Assembly: GCF_006345805.1 (NCBI RefSeq)
Contig: NW_021826213.1
Span: 1 to 36,308, forward strand
Length of the DNA stretch: 36,308 bases
Reading direction: 5' to 3'
Origin: Octopus sinensis
Taxonomy: Eukaryota
The position numbers and the translations under genes are program-made. Position 1 is the stretch's first letter. Each line of letters opens with the position of its first letter. The notes below the pieces were generated by a model that did not search any database, was not told the DNA's origin, and worked only from the letters and a program-made list of their open reading frames with translations. This document shows, piece after piece, positions 11,089-24,557 of this stretch.

Positions 11089-11359
11089 AAATAATGAATA
11101 CTATCGAGCTTTTAATATTAGATGTCCGTTTCTGAATATGTTCTGTTATGTGAAGAGATTTCCAATAAATTGCTGCTGTGTGCTGAATGCTCGCGATGAG
11201 AACGGTCAAATCATGGCTACACAGGCTCTTGCCAAACTCTGCGAGCAAGCACACAACATGGACACACACATAAATATACATACACATGTATGTAATTTAT
11301 ATCCATGTATATATATATATACATACATACATACATTATATACATATATATATATATAT

Positions 11360-11396
<37 letters not shown>

Positions 11397-11439
11397 ATAT
11401 ATATATATATATATATGTATGTATATATCTCCCCTTCTT

Positions 11440-11640
11440 CCTAGTCCTCCTGTGTGACACCTCCTGTCCGACATTCGCCATAGATCGCTAGCCACTACAC
11501 ATTCTTTATTTTCTCTCCTTGTTTCTTGCTGTGTTCCCTTCTGTGGAAGAGCATTGAAGACTTTTTCACTTCCCGAGCGTTAAACTAATACATCTGTTTG
11601 TTGTCTACACCACCTGACTTTGTCTTTTGTTTTTTCTTGA
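11440..11640 (+). mobile_element. Penelope-like pseudo-LTR remnant with a partly deleted hammerhead region
   Basis: ctgtggaagagc...gagcgttaaactaata resembles ctgacgaagagc...gagcgtcaaattaata on the minus strand at 13050-13118. The family assignment is inferred. Confidence 0.5.
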
Positions 11641-11641
11641 A

Positions 11642-11676
<35 letters not shown>

Positions 11677-13040
11677 CAGTTGCGCCCAAAATGTTCAGAA
11701 CGGCATTGTTTCGCAAGAAAAGTAGGTATAAGTTTTTATCAAAGTTGTTTTATATTCTATAATTTTCACAGACAATAAATACGATATTAATTGTTATTGT
11801 CTGAGATTTTAGTGTAATTTAAGAGGATAATACAAAAGTTATGGATGATTTAGTGATTTACTGCAAAACCCATGGCGGCCAACATGATCAGAACGGTTGA
11901 AAAAAAAAACAAAATAATCAAAAATGACAGAGAATACTGGAATTATTTAATATTTAGTGTGAAGCCCTTTAGCTTCAATCACACTTTGACATCTTTGACT
12001 GCATGAGGAAATTAAATTTTCAATTTCTTGCTAGGTGATCTTATTCCATTCTTCCTGAAGGGCATTCCATAATTGCTCGGTTGTTTTAGGATTTCTGGCT
12101 TTCGAACGTTCTCCTAGAATATTCCACACATTTTCAATAGGATTGAGATCTGGGCTTTGAGCAGGCCAATCCATAATAATAACCTTTTCAGCTTTGAGGA
12201 ATTTCATGACCACCTTAGCCTTGTGACATAGGGCATTGTCCTGCATGAATATGGGTGGTCGCTTAGTTGAATTTCTCAGCACAGGCAAGACATGATCTTT
12301 TACAAGTTGTTTATAAACTCCTGCATTTACCTTTCCGTGTAATCGCACCAAAGAGCCCACACCATCTCCAGATATCATCCCCCAAACCATGACACTTCCT
12401 CCACCGAATTTAACACTAGTCTTAAGGCATTTAGGCGACAATTTTTCACCTACTTTTCAACGAACGTACCTTTTCCCATCTGAGCCAAATAACATAAACT
12501 TAGATTAATCACTGAAATGCACCGTTTGCCATTTTTCTTGAGACCACAACACATGTTCGGTTGCGAAGGTAAGACGACACTTTTTATTTTTGGAGCTGAT
12601 CAGTGGCTTCACTGCAGGTGGTCTTGCTTTTAGGTTATGTTCAACTAAACGATGAGACACAGTTTTTCGAGATAACGTTTTCTTCAGTACAATGCTCATT
12701 TCCAGAGAAACAGCAGCAGCAGTTTTAAATCTGTCCTTTTTAACCAACTTTACCATAGCACAATCTTCTTCTTGGTCGTTTTTCTTGGCCTACCTGTAGA
12801 CTTTCTTGCTTCACACGAACCACAATCATCGAAGACCTTAAGAATACCGTGAACAACACTTTTTGACTTGTTAACAATCTTTGCAATAGACCCAATACTT
12901 AAATTATTCCTTCTTTCGAAGCTTAATAATCTGCTGACGAATTGGTAACGGAGTAAGTGGCATTATATTAACAAAGTACACTGCAGATATTCTTACTAAT
13001 ATTTAGTAAACGAACCTTCACGTAAACAAATTCAAAACGT
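11677..13040 (-). mobile_element. Tc1-family DNA transposon; the downstream TIR is intact and the upstream TIR is lost
   Basis: TA then CAGTTGCGCCCAAAATGTTCAGAACGG at 11677; inner repeat acatgatcagaacgg at 11882-11896; transposase pseudogene inside; no matching inverted copy found near 13000-13200. Confidence 0.88.
11947..12963 (-). pseudogene. Tc1 DD34E transposase, about 339 codons, with in-frame stops and N-terminal frameshifts
   Basis: MPLTPLPIRQQIIKL.../IAKIVNKSKSVVHGIL...GRPRKTT/...WQTVHFSD*SKF...VKFGGGSVMVWG...FMQDNALCHK...WPAQSPDLNPIENVW...EAKGLHTKY*. There are 34 residues between the second D and the E. Confidence 0.93.
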
Positions 13041-13192
13041 GCACATGAATTATATTAATTTGACGCTCAGTGAAGGGAGAGAGTTACTGTTAACGTTTCG
13101 AGTATAGCTCTTCGTCAGAGACAGGAAAGTTCAAAGAGAAAGAAAGAAAAATAAGGGAAAATCGCAAACGGTGCACGTGCGGTTACAGTTAT
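13040..13192 (-). mobile_element. Penelope-like pseudo-LTR fragment that truncates the Tc1 element
   Basis: Carries the minimal hammerhead typical of Penelope-like elements; homologous to 11540-11590. Confidence 0.6.
13087..13124 (-). ncRNA. Minimal type I hammerhead ribozyme motif
   Basis: Minus strand: CUGUCU-CUGACGA-A-GAG-CUAUA-CUC-GAAAC-GUU-AACAG. It has both core boxes, a 3-bp stem II, a palindromic ACGU stem III and a 5-bp stem I with one bulge. Confidence 0.7.
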
Positions 13193-13334
13193 GTGTGTGT
13201 ATGTACGTATGTATATCTACTTAAAAATGTATATATAGTAAAAATATCAACTGGACTATATGGACCACCGTTTCTTTCAGTTATTACATACAGATATACA
13301 CTAAATATTTACACTCATACATACAATGTAATTA

Positions 13335-13407
<73 letters not shown>

Positions 13408-13416
13408 GTCTATCTG

Positions 13417-13488
<72 letters not shown>

Positions 13489-13490
13489 CC
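13335..13490. repeat. (ATCT)n microsatellite
   Basis: Direct reading. Confidence 0.95.
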
Positions 13491-13703
13491 TAAATTTAAA
13501 ATAATAAGGGTGAAAAATTGAGTATTTGATTAATATCAATTTAAAACCAGTGGTCTAGCATATTGAAAAATCTGAAGATTCACAAAAAATTAAATTACAT
13601 ACATATAAGATGATGACAACTATGCGGACATCCATTATGCTAGAAGGAGATCCGCTATGGTCGTACCACTAAGAAAGGAATGTTCTCAAGAAAATTTAGC
13701 AAA
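13491..13703 (-). mobile_element. AT-rich interspersed repeat end, probably the 3' end or pseudo-LTR of a Penelope-like element
   Basis: Homologous to 30337-30552 (inverted) and more distantly to 26176-26280. The Penelope assignment and strand are from recall; no coding part is in the window. Confidence 0.5.
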
Positions 13704-13777
13704 CACCAGGACGTAAGCGAGCAAGACAAATGAAAACATATAAAATATAATGGAGACTTACAAGTCATCCCTTTTAA

Positions 13778-14290
<513 letters not shown>

Positions 14291-14582
14291 ATCCGTATAG
14301 CGGGAATATCATATTCCTCCGTATCACCAGTTTAGAATTTCCCCAATATAATTGCGGACCAGATCTACGTTAACCTTTTCCACTGTTCAGCGTGATTTAC
14401 ATCAAGTACGGTGGCTCTTTATTTGTTTTGATGATATTAAGAGGATGGGTCCAATATAATCGAATATTTTGTAACCCTTTTATTTCTGGATCACTTTGAA
14501 TGATTGTCTGCTTTCAAAATCTGAAAACTGACCAGCACGAATACGTATAATATCCCTGCTTTTTCACGTTCATAGTAATACT

Positions 14583-15366
14583 TGTTTCTTTATTGTCCAC
14601 AAGGGGCTAAACATAGAGGGGAAAAACAAGGACAGACAAAGGGATTAAGTCGATTACATCGACCCCAATGCGTGACTGGTACTTAATTTATCGACCCCGA
14701 AAGGATGAAAGGCAAAGTCGACCTCGGCGGAATTTGAACTCAGAACGTAGCGGCAGACGAAATATATATTTCTTTACTACCCACAAGGAGCTAAACACAG
14801 AGGGGACAAACAAGGACAGACACACGGATTAAGTCGATTACATCGACCCCACTGCGTAACTGGTAGTTAATCTATCGACCCCGAAAGGATGAAAGGCAAA
14901 GTCGACCTCGGCGGAATTTGAACTCAGAACGTAGCGGCAGACGAAATACCTATTTCTTTACTACCCACAAGGGGCTAAACACAGAGGGAACAAACAAGGA
15001 CAGACAAAGGGATTAAGTCGATTACATCGACCCCACTGCGTAACTGGTAGTTAATCTATCGACCCCGAAAGGATGAAAGGCAAAGTCGACCTCGGCGGAA
15101 TTTTGAACTCAGAACGTAGCGGCAGACGAAATACCTATTTCTTTACTACCCACAAGGGGCTAAACACAGAGGGAACAAACAAGGACAGACAAACGGATTA
15201 AGTCGATTACATCGACCCCACTGCGTAACTGGTACTTAATCTATCGACTCCGAAAGGATGAAAGGCAAAGTCGACCTCGGCGGAATTTGAACTCAGAGCG
15301 TAGCGGCAGACGAAATACCGCTAAGTATTTTGCCCGGTGCGCTAACGTTTCTGCCAGCTGTCCGCC
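14583..15366 (-). mobile_element. SINE family A tetramer (one head plus four ~184-bp bodies)
   Basis: Units begin at about 14583, 14767, 14951 and 15136; head at 15320-15366. Confidence 0.93.
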
Positions 15367-15380
15367 GAGCGTTCATATTA

Positions 15381-15552
15381 GTCGTTACGTTCTGTGTTCA
15401 AATTCTGCCGAGGTCAACTTTGCCTTTCATCCTTTCTGGGTCGATAAATAAAGTACCAGTTTCGTACTGGGGTCGATATAATCGACTCAATCCCTTCGTC
15501 TGTCCTTGTTTGTCCCCTCTATGTTTAGCCCCTTGTGAGCAGTAAAGAAATA
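15381..15552 (+). mobile_element. SINE family A body, inverted relative to the tetramer
   Basis: gttcaaattctgccgaggtcaactttgcctttcatcc...gtaaagaaata. Confidence 0.88.
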
Positions 15553-15574
15553 CATATTAATACTGATGGTATCA

Positions 15575-16600
<1,026 letters not shown>

Positions 16601-17219
16601 ATATAATCGAATATATAGTCTCATAGAGACAATCGGCAAAAAAAGATTTTTAAGAGCAAAATATTAAGAACAAAACAGCATAAAAGCATATATTATACAA
16701 GTTGCTCATACGTTAATTGTGTCCTACGGCTGTTTCATGAGCATAAACATCGTAAATTCCATTATTATGTAAATAAAATAGATAAATTCATTCAAATTAA
16801 ATCAATTTCAAAGCGATACTTTCTCAAATCATCGTGTGCATTGCTTGTTGTTTAACATCTTATTCTACACGTGAGTATGCATGAAATCTTAATTCACAAT
16901 TTCATACTTTTCTTTTTGAAAAATATTTCTCAACATTTTCAACAATACAATATGCATTTGTTATGATTGAACTTTCTATGGCGGATATATTTTTGTTCTC
17001 ACAGAGTGAGACAAAGAACGAAAATGGCAATAGAAGTTCAGCCAGGGTATAAAGTGCATCAATGTCAAAGGGTAGTGCACATGGCCTTTGCAAGCATGTA
17101 ATGGCTTGACTGCAAAAGATCATGTGCATTGCTTTTGTGTCTAAATTAAGATCAGGAACGATGTTTCTCGCAGCCGCTTGTTCTGTTACTGGAATGTAAT
17201 GCTCTAGTACATAAGGACA

Positions 17220-17378
17220 GCATTATATATGCGTGTATAAGTATTATATATATATATATTATATATATATATATATATATAATATATATATATATATATA
17301 ATATATATATATATTATATATATATATAGTATATATATATATGTATATATATATATGTATATATTACGTATACATGTA

Positions 17379-17415
<37 letters not shown>

Positions 17416-17652
17416 GCACATATAAATATACACAGATGCGCATACATATATGCATATATCGAGATAGAAGTGTGTATATGTGCGTGTGACTGAATTACTA
17501 GCTATATATTTGTGTGCATGCATATATGCGAGTATATGTAGATATACATGCATATGTACGTACGTAGATGTAAATATATATGTATACACACACACATAAA
17601 CACCCACACGTACACACGCACGCACTCATATATATATATTTTTACAGTATAT

Positions 17653-17717
<65 letters not shown>

Positions 17718-17811
17718 TTTATATGTGTGTATCTATATATATATATATATATAATGTATATATATATATATATATTATATATATATATATATATGTATAC
17801 GTAGATATATC

Positions 17812-17845
<34 letters not shown>

Positions 17846-17900
17846 AATATATACATCTTTCTTTCTCTCATTTTATGTGTGTGTGATGTGTGTGTTTGTG
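17220..17900. repeat. (AT)n-rich compound microsatellite
   Basis: Direct reading. Confidence 0.9.
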
Positions 17901-18122
17901 TGTATTTGTAATAAACCCATCACAAATTACGACTACTACAACTACTAGTTTCCCGTTTCCAAGCCTCGGCTAAATGTCTCGACGCAAGGATTAGCAACAT
18001 GAATCTAGAACTTGTAACTTACGAAGTTGCAACTTTAGACGTGGAAAAAATTATATGACAACAACCACATATATATTGAGTACTCGTTCCTTTTGTTTGT
18101 AAAAAAAAACGTCTCCTAATTC

Positions 18123-18521
18123 ATGTATGTATGTATGTATGTATGTATGTATGTATGTATGTATGTATGTATGTATGTATGTATGTATGTACGTATGTAT
18201 GTATGTATGCGTGTGTATGTATGTATGTATGTATGTGTGTATGTATGTATGTGTGTATGTATGTATGTATGTGTGAATGTATGTACGTATGTATGTACGT
18301 ACGTATGTATGTATGTATGTATGTATGTATGTATGTATGTATGTATGTATGTATGTGTGTTTCTATGTATGTATGTATGTATGTATGTGTGTATGTATGT
18401 ATGTATGTATGTATGTATGTATGTATGTATGTATGTTTGTATGTATGTATGTATGTGTGTATGTATGTATGCGTGTATGTATGTATGTATGTATGTATAT
18501 GTATGTATATATGTATGTATG

Positions 18522-18555
<34 letters not shown>

Positions 18556-18850
18556 TGTATGTATGTTTGTATGTATGTATGTATGTATGTATGTTTGTAT
18601 GTATGTATGTATGTATGTATGTATGTATGTATGTATGTATGCATGCATGCATGTATGCATGTATCTATCTATCTATCTATCTATCTATATCCTTTCTCAC
18701 GCACGCACGCGCATATATACGCGCACACATGCACGTACGCACACACATGCACGTACGCACACACACAAACACACACCATCACACAAATGCACACATTCAC
18801 ACCCGCACAAACGGATGCACACATCCACACACACATATACATACACACAC
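18123..18850. repeat. ~540-bp (ATGT)n array followed by (ATCT)n and AC-rich repeats
   Basis: Direct reading; source of the MYVC/YIHT ORFs. Confidence 0.95.
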
Positions 18851-18859
18851 AAGGGTAAA

Positions 18860-19163
18860 AATCCCCTTCTTTCATGAATGACCGTAGGATTGCACCTACA
18901 AAGTTCCCCTCCGAGGCAAAAGTCCGGGCAGTGTTACTTATGGAAGTCCAGCAGTTACCCATGCATCCCAGCGCTCCCTCTGCACGCCGCCGATGTTGTC
19001 CAAAGGAGAGGCAAAGGCCGATACAACACTCATTTCTACAGCTTAGTGGACTGGAACAACGTGAAATAAAGTGTCTTGCTCAAGAACACAACATACACCC
19101 TGGTCCGGGAATCGAACTCACTACCTTATGATTATGAGTCTGACACTCAAACCGCGGAACCAC
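18860..19163 (-). mobile_element. SINE head D plus tail E, diverged
   Basis: Homologous to 20038-20372 (ggattgcacc...aaagtgtcttgctcaagaacacaac...gggaatcgaactc). Confidence 0.85.
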
Positions 19164-19209
19164 ACACACACGCTCGCGCGCGCGCACACTCGCATATTGC
19201 AACAGATAT

Positions 19210-19430
19210 GTGCATGTGTCTTTTGTCCGAGTTTGTCCATTACTGCTGCTTGACAACCTGTGTTGGAGTGTTTGCGTCCATCATAACTTAGTGGTCAGCA
19301 AAAGATATCGATAGAATAAGTATCAGGCTTTTAAAAGAGAATGTACTGGGATCGATTCATTCGGCTAAAACATCTTCAAGGTAGTTCCCCAGCATTGCCG
19401 TAGTCTAATCACAAGAACAAGTAAAAGATA
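19210..19430 (+). mobile_element. Old SINE family B-related 3' half
   Basis: gcttgacaacc...gatagaataagta...aacaagtaaaagata. Confidence 0.7.
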
Positions 19431-19991
19431 GGCGTGCCTGTGTGGTAAGAATCTTGCTTCCCAACCACATGGTTCCGGATTCAGTCCCACTGCATGGCAT
19501 CTTGGCCAAGTGTCTTCTACTATAGCCACGGGTCGACAAAAGTCTTGTGAGTAGATTTGGTAGACGGAAACTGAAAATAGCTCGTTGTGCATATATATAT
19601 GCGCATATATAACCAACCACATGGTTCCGGGTTCAGTCCCACTGCGTGGCACCTTGGGCAAGTGTCTTCTGCTATAGCTCCGGGCCGACCAATGCCTTGT
19701 GAGTGGATTTGGTAGACGGAAACTGAAAGAAGCCTGTCGTATATATGTATATATATATGTATGCGTGTGTGTGTTTGTGTGTCTGTGTTTGTCCCCCTAG
19801 CATTGCTTGACAACCGATGCTGGTGTGTTTACGTGCCCGTAACGTAGCGGTTCGGCAAAAGAGACCGATAGAATAAGTACTGGGCTTACAAAGAATAAGT
19901 CCTGGGGTCGATTTGCTCGACTAAAAGGCGGTGCTCCAGCATGGCCGCAGTCAAATGACTGAAACAAGTAAAAGAGTAAAGAGTAAAAGAG
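19431..19991 (+). mobile_element. SINE family B: a 5' half copy (19431-19610) followed by a near-full copy (19612-19991)
   Basis: aaccacatggttccgg...gacggaaactgaaa occurs twice; tail gaaacaagtaaaagagtaaagagtaaaagag. Confidence 0.9.
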
Positions 19992-20000
19992 TATATATAT

Positions 20001-20033
<33 letters not shown>

Positions 20034-20037
20034 CTGA

Positions 20038-20372
20038 AACTCCCTTCGGTCACGACGCAGATCATGGGATTGCACCCAGAAAGTTACCCTCCCAGGCGCA
20101 AGTCCGAGCGAGGTTGTTTCTGGAAGACCAGCAGTCGCCCATGCATACCGGCCTCCCCTCTCCATGCCACCAGTGTTATCCAAGGGAAAGGCAAAGGCTG
20201 ATACAGCTTAGCACTTGTGACGTCGCAACTTATTTCTACAGCTGAGTGAATTGGAGCAACGTGAAATAAAGTGTCTTGCTCAAGAACACAACACGCGGCC
20301 CGGTCCGGGTTTGGAGCTCACAACCACACGATCGTAAGCTCGACGCTCTAACCACTGAGCCCTGCGCCTTCA
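20038..20372 (-). mobile_element. SINE head D plus tail E, full length
   Basis: Minus strand TGAAGGCGCAGGGCTCAGTGGTTAGAGCG head, gttgtgttcttgagcaagacactt central block, tail ...gggagtt. Confidence 0.88.
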
Positions 20373-21108
20373 TATAAACATACAAAATTTAAATAGATAA
20401 GGATAAGTAAGTTAATATATAAACGTAAGAAACATCAACTGTTTCTGTATTTGACGATCGTTGTTGTCTGGTAGTAAAAAAGAATAGGAAGATTTAACAT
20501 TGATGACGATAAGTAAGAAAGCTTCTTAGGTTAAAGTTTTTTATGCATGTGTATGTGTGTATGTGTGTGTGTGTGTGTGGTATGTGTGTATGTGTGTGTG
20601 TGTGCGTGCGTGTTGGACGTGAGAGTAAAAAGAAGAAACGTCTGGTAGTGAATGGGGTTTTTTTTTTATCAAGTGTCTGTTTGTTAATTGAGATGTTTTG
20701 CTAAGTTGAAGGAATGAAGAATTTGACTGGTGGCATGTGTTGTTTCAGTAATATGTTGTGGAATAAGAAAGGAATTTGTAAGACAAAAGTGAAGAAATCA
20801 CTCAGTATAAAGAGTATGAACAGAAAGGAGAAAAAGAGAGGAAGAAAGAAAGAGAGAGACAGAGAGACAGAGAGAGGGAGAGAATAAGTGAAAGAGTGAG
20901 ACGGTAGGAATGAGAGAAACAAAGTGAGAAGGAGAGTGATAGGGAAATTTTAACTGCAGAGAGCCATTAAGAGAAGAGGTTGATCGCAGGAAAATATGTG
21001 TATTTAGGAGTGAGAGCAGGTGTGTACAAAGATACGTATTTAATAAAATATCAATTGGAACAAAACATTCATATTAAACAAGTATTATAAATCAACCTGA
21101 ATGCATAT

Positions 21109-21298
21109 CAGGAAGTAAGAGCGAGAGAAAGTTGTGGTGAAAGAGTACAGCAGGGATCACCACCATCCCCTGCCGGAGCCTCGTGGAGCTTTTAGGTGTT
21201 TTCGCTCAATAAACACTCACAACGCCCGTCTGGGAATCGAAACCGCAATCCTACGACCGCGTGTCCGCTGCCCTAACCACTGGGCCATTGCGCCTCCA
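21109..21298 (-). mobile_element. SINE family C head and body, tail absent
   Basis: GGAGGCGCAATGGCCCAGTGGTTAGGGCAGCGG head; ends at caggaagtaagag. Confidence 0.9.
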
Positions 21299-21606
21299 TG
21301 ATGATTTGATAAACAAAGATGCTGGACAGTGAGAAAATAAAAAGAAACGTGACAGAAAAGAAAAACGCGAAGAAGGTTGATGCAAACAAAAATGGATACC
21401 CGAATAAAGAAACGAAATCAAGTAAACTAAGATTCCCGTCCTCCCTGATTGTTGAAACCTGAATTAATTCAGCTGGTATAGAGCAACACAACAGAAAAAT
21501 GCTAAAGACAGCAACCCAAGTATTTTCCTTTGCGTTAGTGTACGTTATTTGCGTGTTTATTTTAACGCAATACAACACAACACAGTACAAAATAATATAT
21601 GTAATA

Positions 21607-22006
21607 GGTGCAGGAGTGGCTGTGTTGTAAGAAGCTTGCTTACCAACCACATGGTTCCCGGTTCATTCCCACTGCGTGGCACCTTGGGCAAGTGTTTTCT
21701 ATTATAGCCTCGGGTCGTCCAAAGCCTTGTGAGTAGATTTGGTAAACGGAAACTGAAAGAAGCCTGTCGTATATATATGTGTGTGTGTGTGTGTATGTGT
21801 ATGTGTGTGTTTGTGTGTCTGTGTTTGTCCCACCAACATCGCTTGACAACCGATGCTGGTGTGTTTTCGTTCCCGTAACTTAGCGGTTCGGCAAAAGAGA
21901 CCGATAGAATAAGTACTATGCTTCCAAAGTCGTGGGGTCGATTTGCTCGACTAAAGGCCGTGCTGCAGCATGGCCACAGTCAAATGACTGAAACAAGTAA
22001 AAGAAT
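21607..22006 (+). mobile_element. SINE family B, full length
   Basis: ggtgcaggagtggctgtgttgtaag...gtggcaccttgggcaagtg...internal (TA)(GT)n...gaaacaagtaaaagaa. Confidence 0.92.
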
Positions 22007-24060
22007 ATAGAAAATCTGTTACATCGCCAGTGACTATATATGATATGTGTGTGTGGCAATATATCATAGTACCAGATATAACCGTATAGCAATAAGCAAT
22101 GTAACAAGAGTTGGGTCTCTTATTATAACCATTCACACAATAACAATCCAAGACTCCAATGCAGAATCAATAACGAGACTAACGCTCTCACAGTTCGGCC
22201 TTAGCTGTCTATTGGTTCATTTATTTATAAAACTCGTCCAGTTCACTCACAGTTACGTGCGACGGTGTCAGTTTTACTCCATCACAAAAAACATTAGTAT
22301 TCAACACATCTATAGTTTCTCCACAAAAATAGACGATTAAAGATGGAAACTATACTCATGATATAGCGCAATGCTACACTGGGCATACACTGATCACAAA
22401 TAAAAATGTACATCTGGCTGGTGATGCATAAATCTAGCGGTCAACATCATACCATACCGACTTGATAAAGGGAAGACTACGTTGGATAAGATTATTTAAG
22501 CTATGCCATGTCATAAAATAATATAGAGATTCCAAAAGTTCGAATAAAGGGTCTGCTGAATCAGGGCTGAGTCAGGATTAAAGAAAAACAACAACAACAG
22601 TAGCAGCAACAATGGCAGCAAGTTATAACTACAATAACTACAACAATTACAACAATAACAACACAGGAACCACAAATAAAAGTAACGGCTGTCATCATCA
22701 TCTCAGATAATCCTGAAGACATTCAAAGATCTGAAGGTAATAATTTCAAAAAGGATTCGTGCTGAGAAAGAAGGGAATCGGAAATTTTCTGTATTAAAAC
22801 CGAGGAGACATATTGTTCAAGTGGACGATAACAGTCTTGAGAAATATATTACGAAAATCTATTCCCGGAGACGTGCTATTAGTGGATAATTTCTTTTGGT
22901 GATCAGAAAACCCCAGGATCCTAAAAGAAACTCATTATTTATCATTACTGTTTCATGTGTCAAGCCTCTTTCCAATTATATTCAGTTTGAAGAATGGGTG
23001 ATTGAAAGTGTGTGAATGGAATCAGTTTTGCAGCATGATTACCTGGTGAGATGATCTCAAGTCATAGGAGCAGCAAGGAAATAAATATAGATATCACAAC
23101 ATCATCTGACTTTTTTTTTTGTTTTTTGTATTTTACCAACAAAAACTTGAAATTAAATATAGCTAGAAACGTCCTCATCTCCAATAAAAAGCATCTCCAA
23201 GTCAACAGCAAATACCATAGATTGTTTAATAAAAATAGCCATCAAGTCTAGCGAAATCTATATGAAAAATGTCTGCTGTATAATAATGAGTAAACTTATA
23301 TAATGAGAAGAGCCAGTTAGCATAATGTCCAGGCGGCTGAAAATAATTTCAGATTTCCAGGAGAGGATGCGGATAAACTTCATATAGAAGCAGTTACATG
23401 TGCAATTTATGAAGTTTATAATGTTCAGAGAAGAAAGCCTAGTGCTCACGGTCCTTTCTCAGGATCCCTGAGACTGGTTGGAAGAAGTGAAAAGAAGTGA
23501 GAGATAGTGAGAGGAAGGGAGATTAAATGCTTGCAACAAAGGGGATTTTAGTTAGAGGCACCCGAGGACGAGGTAGTGGCTTAACAACACCCGGATCTTA
23601 TGCGGATTCATAAGCTTCCTGGTTACCCTTCAAAATCAAGAGCAGTCATTCAGACGGGCTTCCATTCAGTTTTCACCTTTGATCAACGCAGAACTATGGT
23701 ATAAGACAGTTGCTCAAGGTGCTGTGCAGTGTATGGAACTCTAAACTACATACCTGAAAAGAAATTTCTTAACCACGCCGACATTTTTGAACCTGTAATC
23801 GAAATTTTGACAAAGGGAACCTCATGTACATATCTATTAACTGATATACGTCTCTCCTCGTTCTTAACCAAGCGTTATAGGGAGATGGGATTCCTTAGGG
23901 CATTTCTTATTTCACAATCTTTTTGGAACGATACATGCACTGGAAAAATTTAGCATTGTCTTCTTCAGAGTCATTACTCAAATCTTGCACTCTGCAATGT
24001 AAACAAACATAAAATTCGTTTTCTTACCATTGCTCAACGATAAACAACACCTAAATATAC

Positions 24061-24273
24061 GTGCAATGTGCATGGTGGACTCGTTTGAAAGGTTTAGAGA
24101 CAAACGCTTTCCTCTCTGACCAACCTCTCATCAACGTTTTCAAGTATCACTTGAAAAGGAAGGTGAGAGTAGAGAGGGAAGTTTTGTCTAATGAAAAGTT
24201 TTACAAAAGGTTGGTGAATGTGGCAAGGATGGTACGCATGAATGATGGAACCACTTTGAGCATGATCCTATAA
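24061..24273 (+). pseudogene. L1/Tx1-like ORF2 extreme C-terminal fragment
   Basis: CAWWTRLKGLETNAFLSDQPLINVFKYHLKRKVRVEREVLSNEKFYKRLVNVARM resembles recalled Tx1-type C-termini (FKxHLKRKxRVER...F.xRWVxVAR); not verified by search. Confidence 0.55.
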
Positions 24274-24557
24274 AACAAGGAGAGAAAGCGTGCTTTGCTC
24301 TCATGTTATGTTCTTTTTTTGTTTCCGAGGTGAGCTTAGTTCTTTTTCGTAGGTTTTTCTTTTCCATAGATAAGCCCAATCAATGTTATATTCACTCCCC
24401 ATTTTGGGAACTCTAATTGTTAAAATCGACACTTTTGTTATTTCCTCGTGTACACATCCCAAAACGTTTTCGATCCCTTTTGATCGTTCTCAAAAATAAA
24501 AATATCTACATTATATTACTCTCAGTGTTCGGCCCTGCGTGGTTAATAAAGAAATCT

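Noticed and set aside
14583-15319. Regular repeat array superficially like CRISPR
   Set aside because: 184-bp contiguous SINE bodies with no unique spacers, no cas genes and a eukaryotic context.
18012-18033. 9-bp hairpin with a UACG loop
   Set aside because: AU-rich, lacks the C-G closing pair, and is expected by chance.
18116-18881. Long ORFs (178-252 aa) in several frames
   Set aside because: Translations of (ATGT)n; the repeat is open in multiple frames on both strands. The same applies to the YI/YL/HT-repeat ORFs throughout the window.
21230-21298. tRNA-like sequences at SINE heads
   Set aside because: A and B boxes are present but continue into SINE bodies with no complete cloverleaf; these are not tRNA genes.
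22100-23700. Non-repetitive island and similar ones at 14290-14580 and 28740-29350
   Set aside because: In the frames I translated I found no recognisable protein or RNA motif; they may be old elements or exons that need BLAST to identify.
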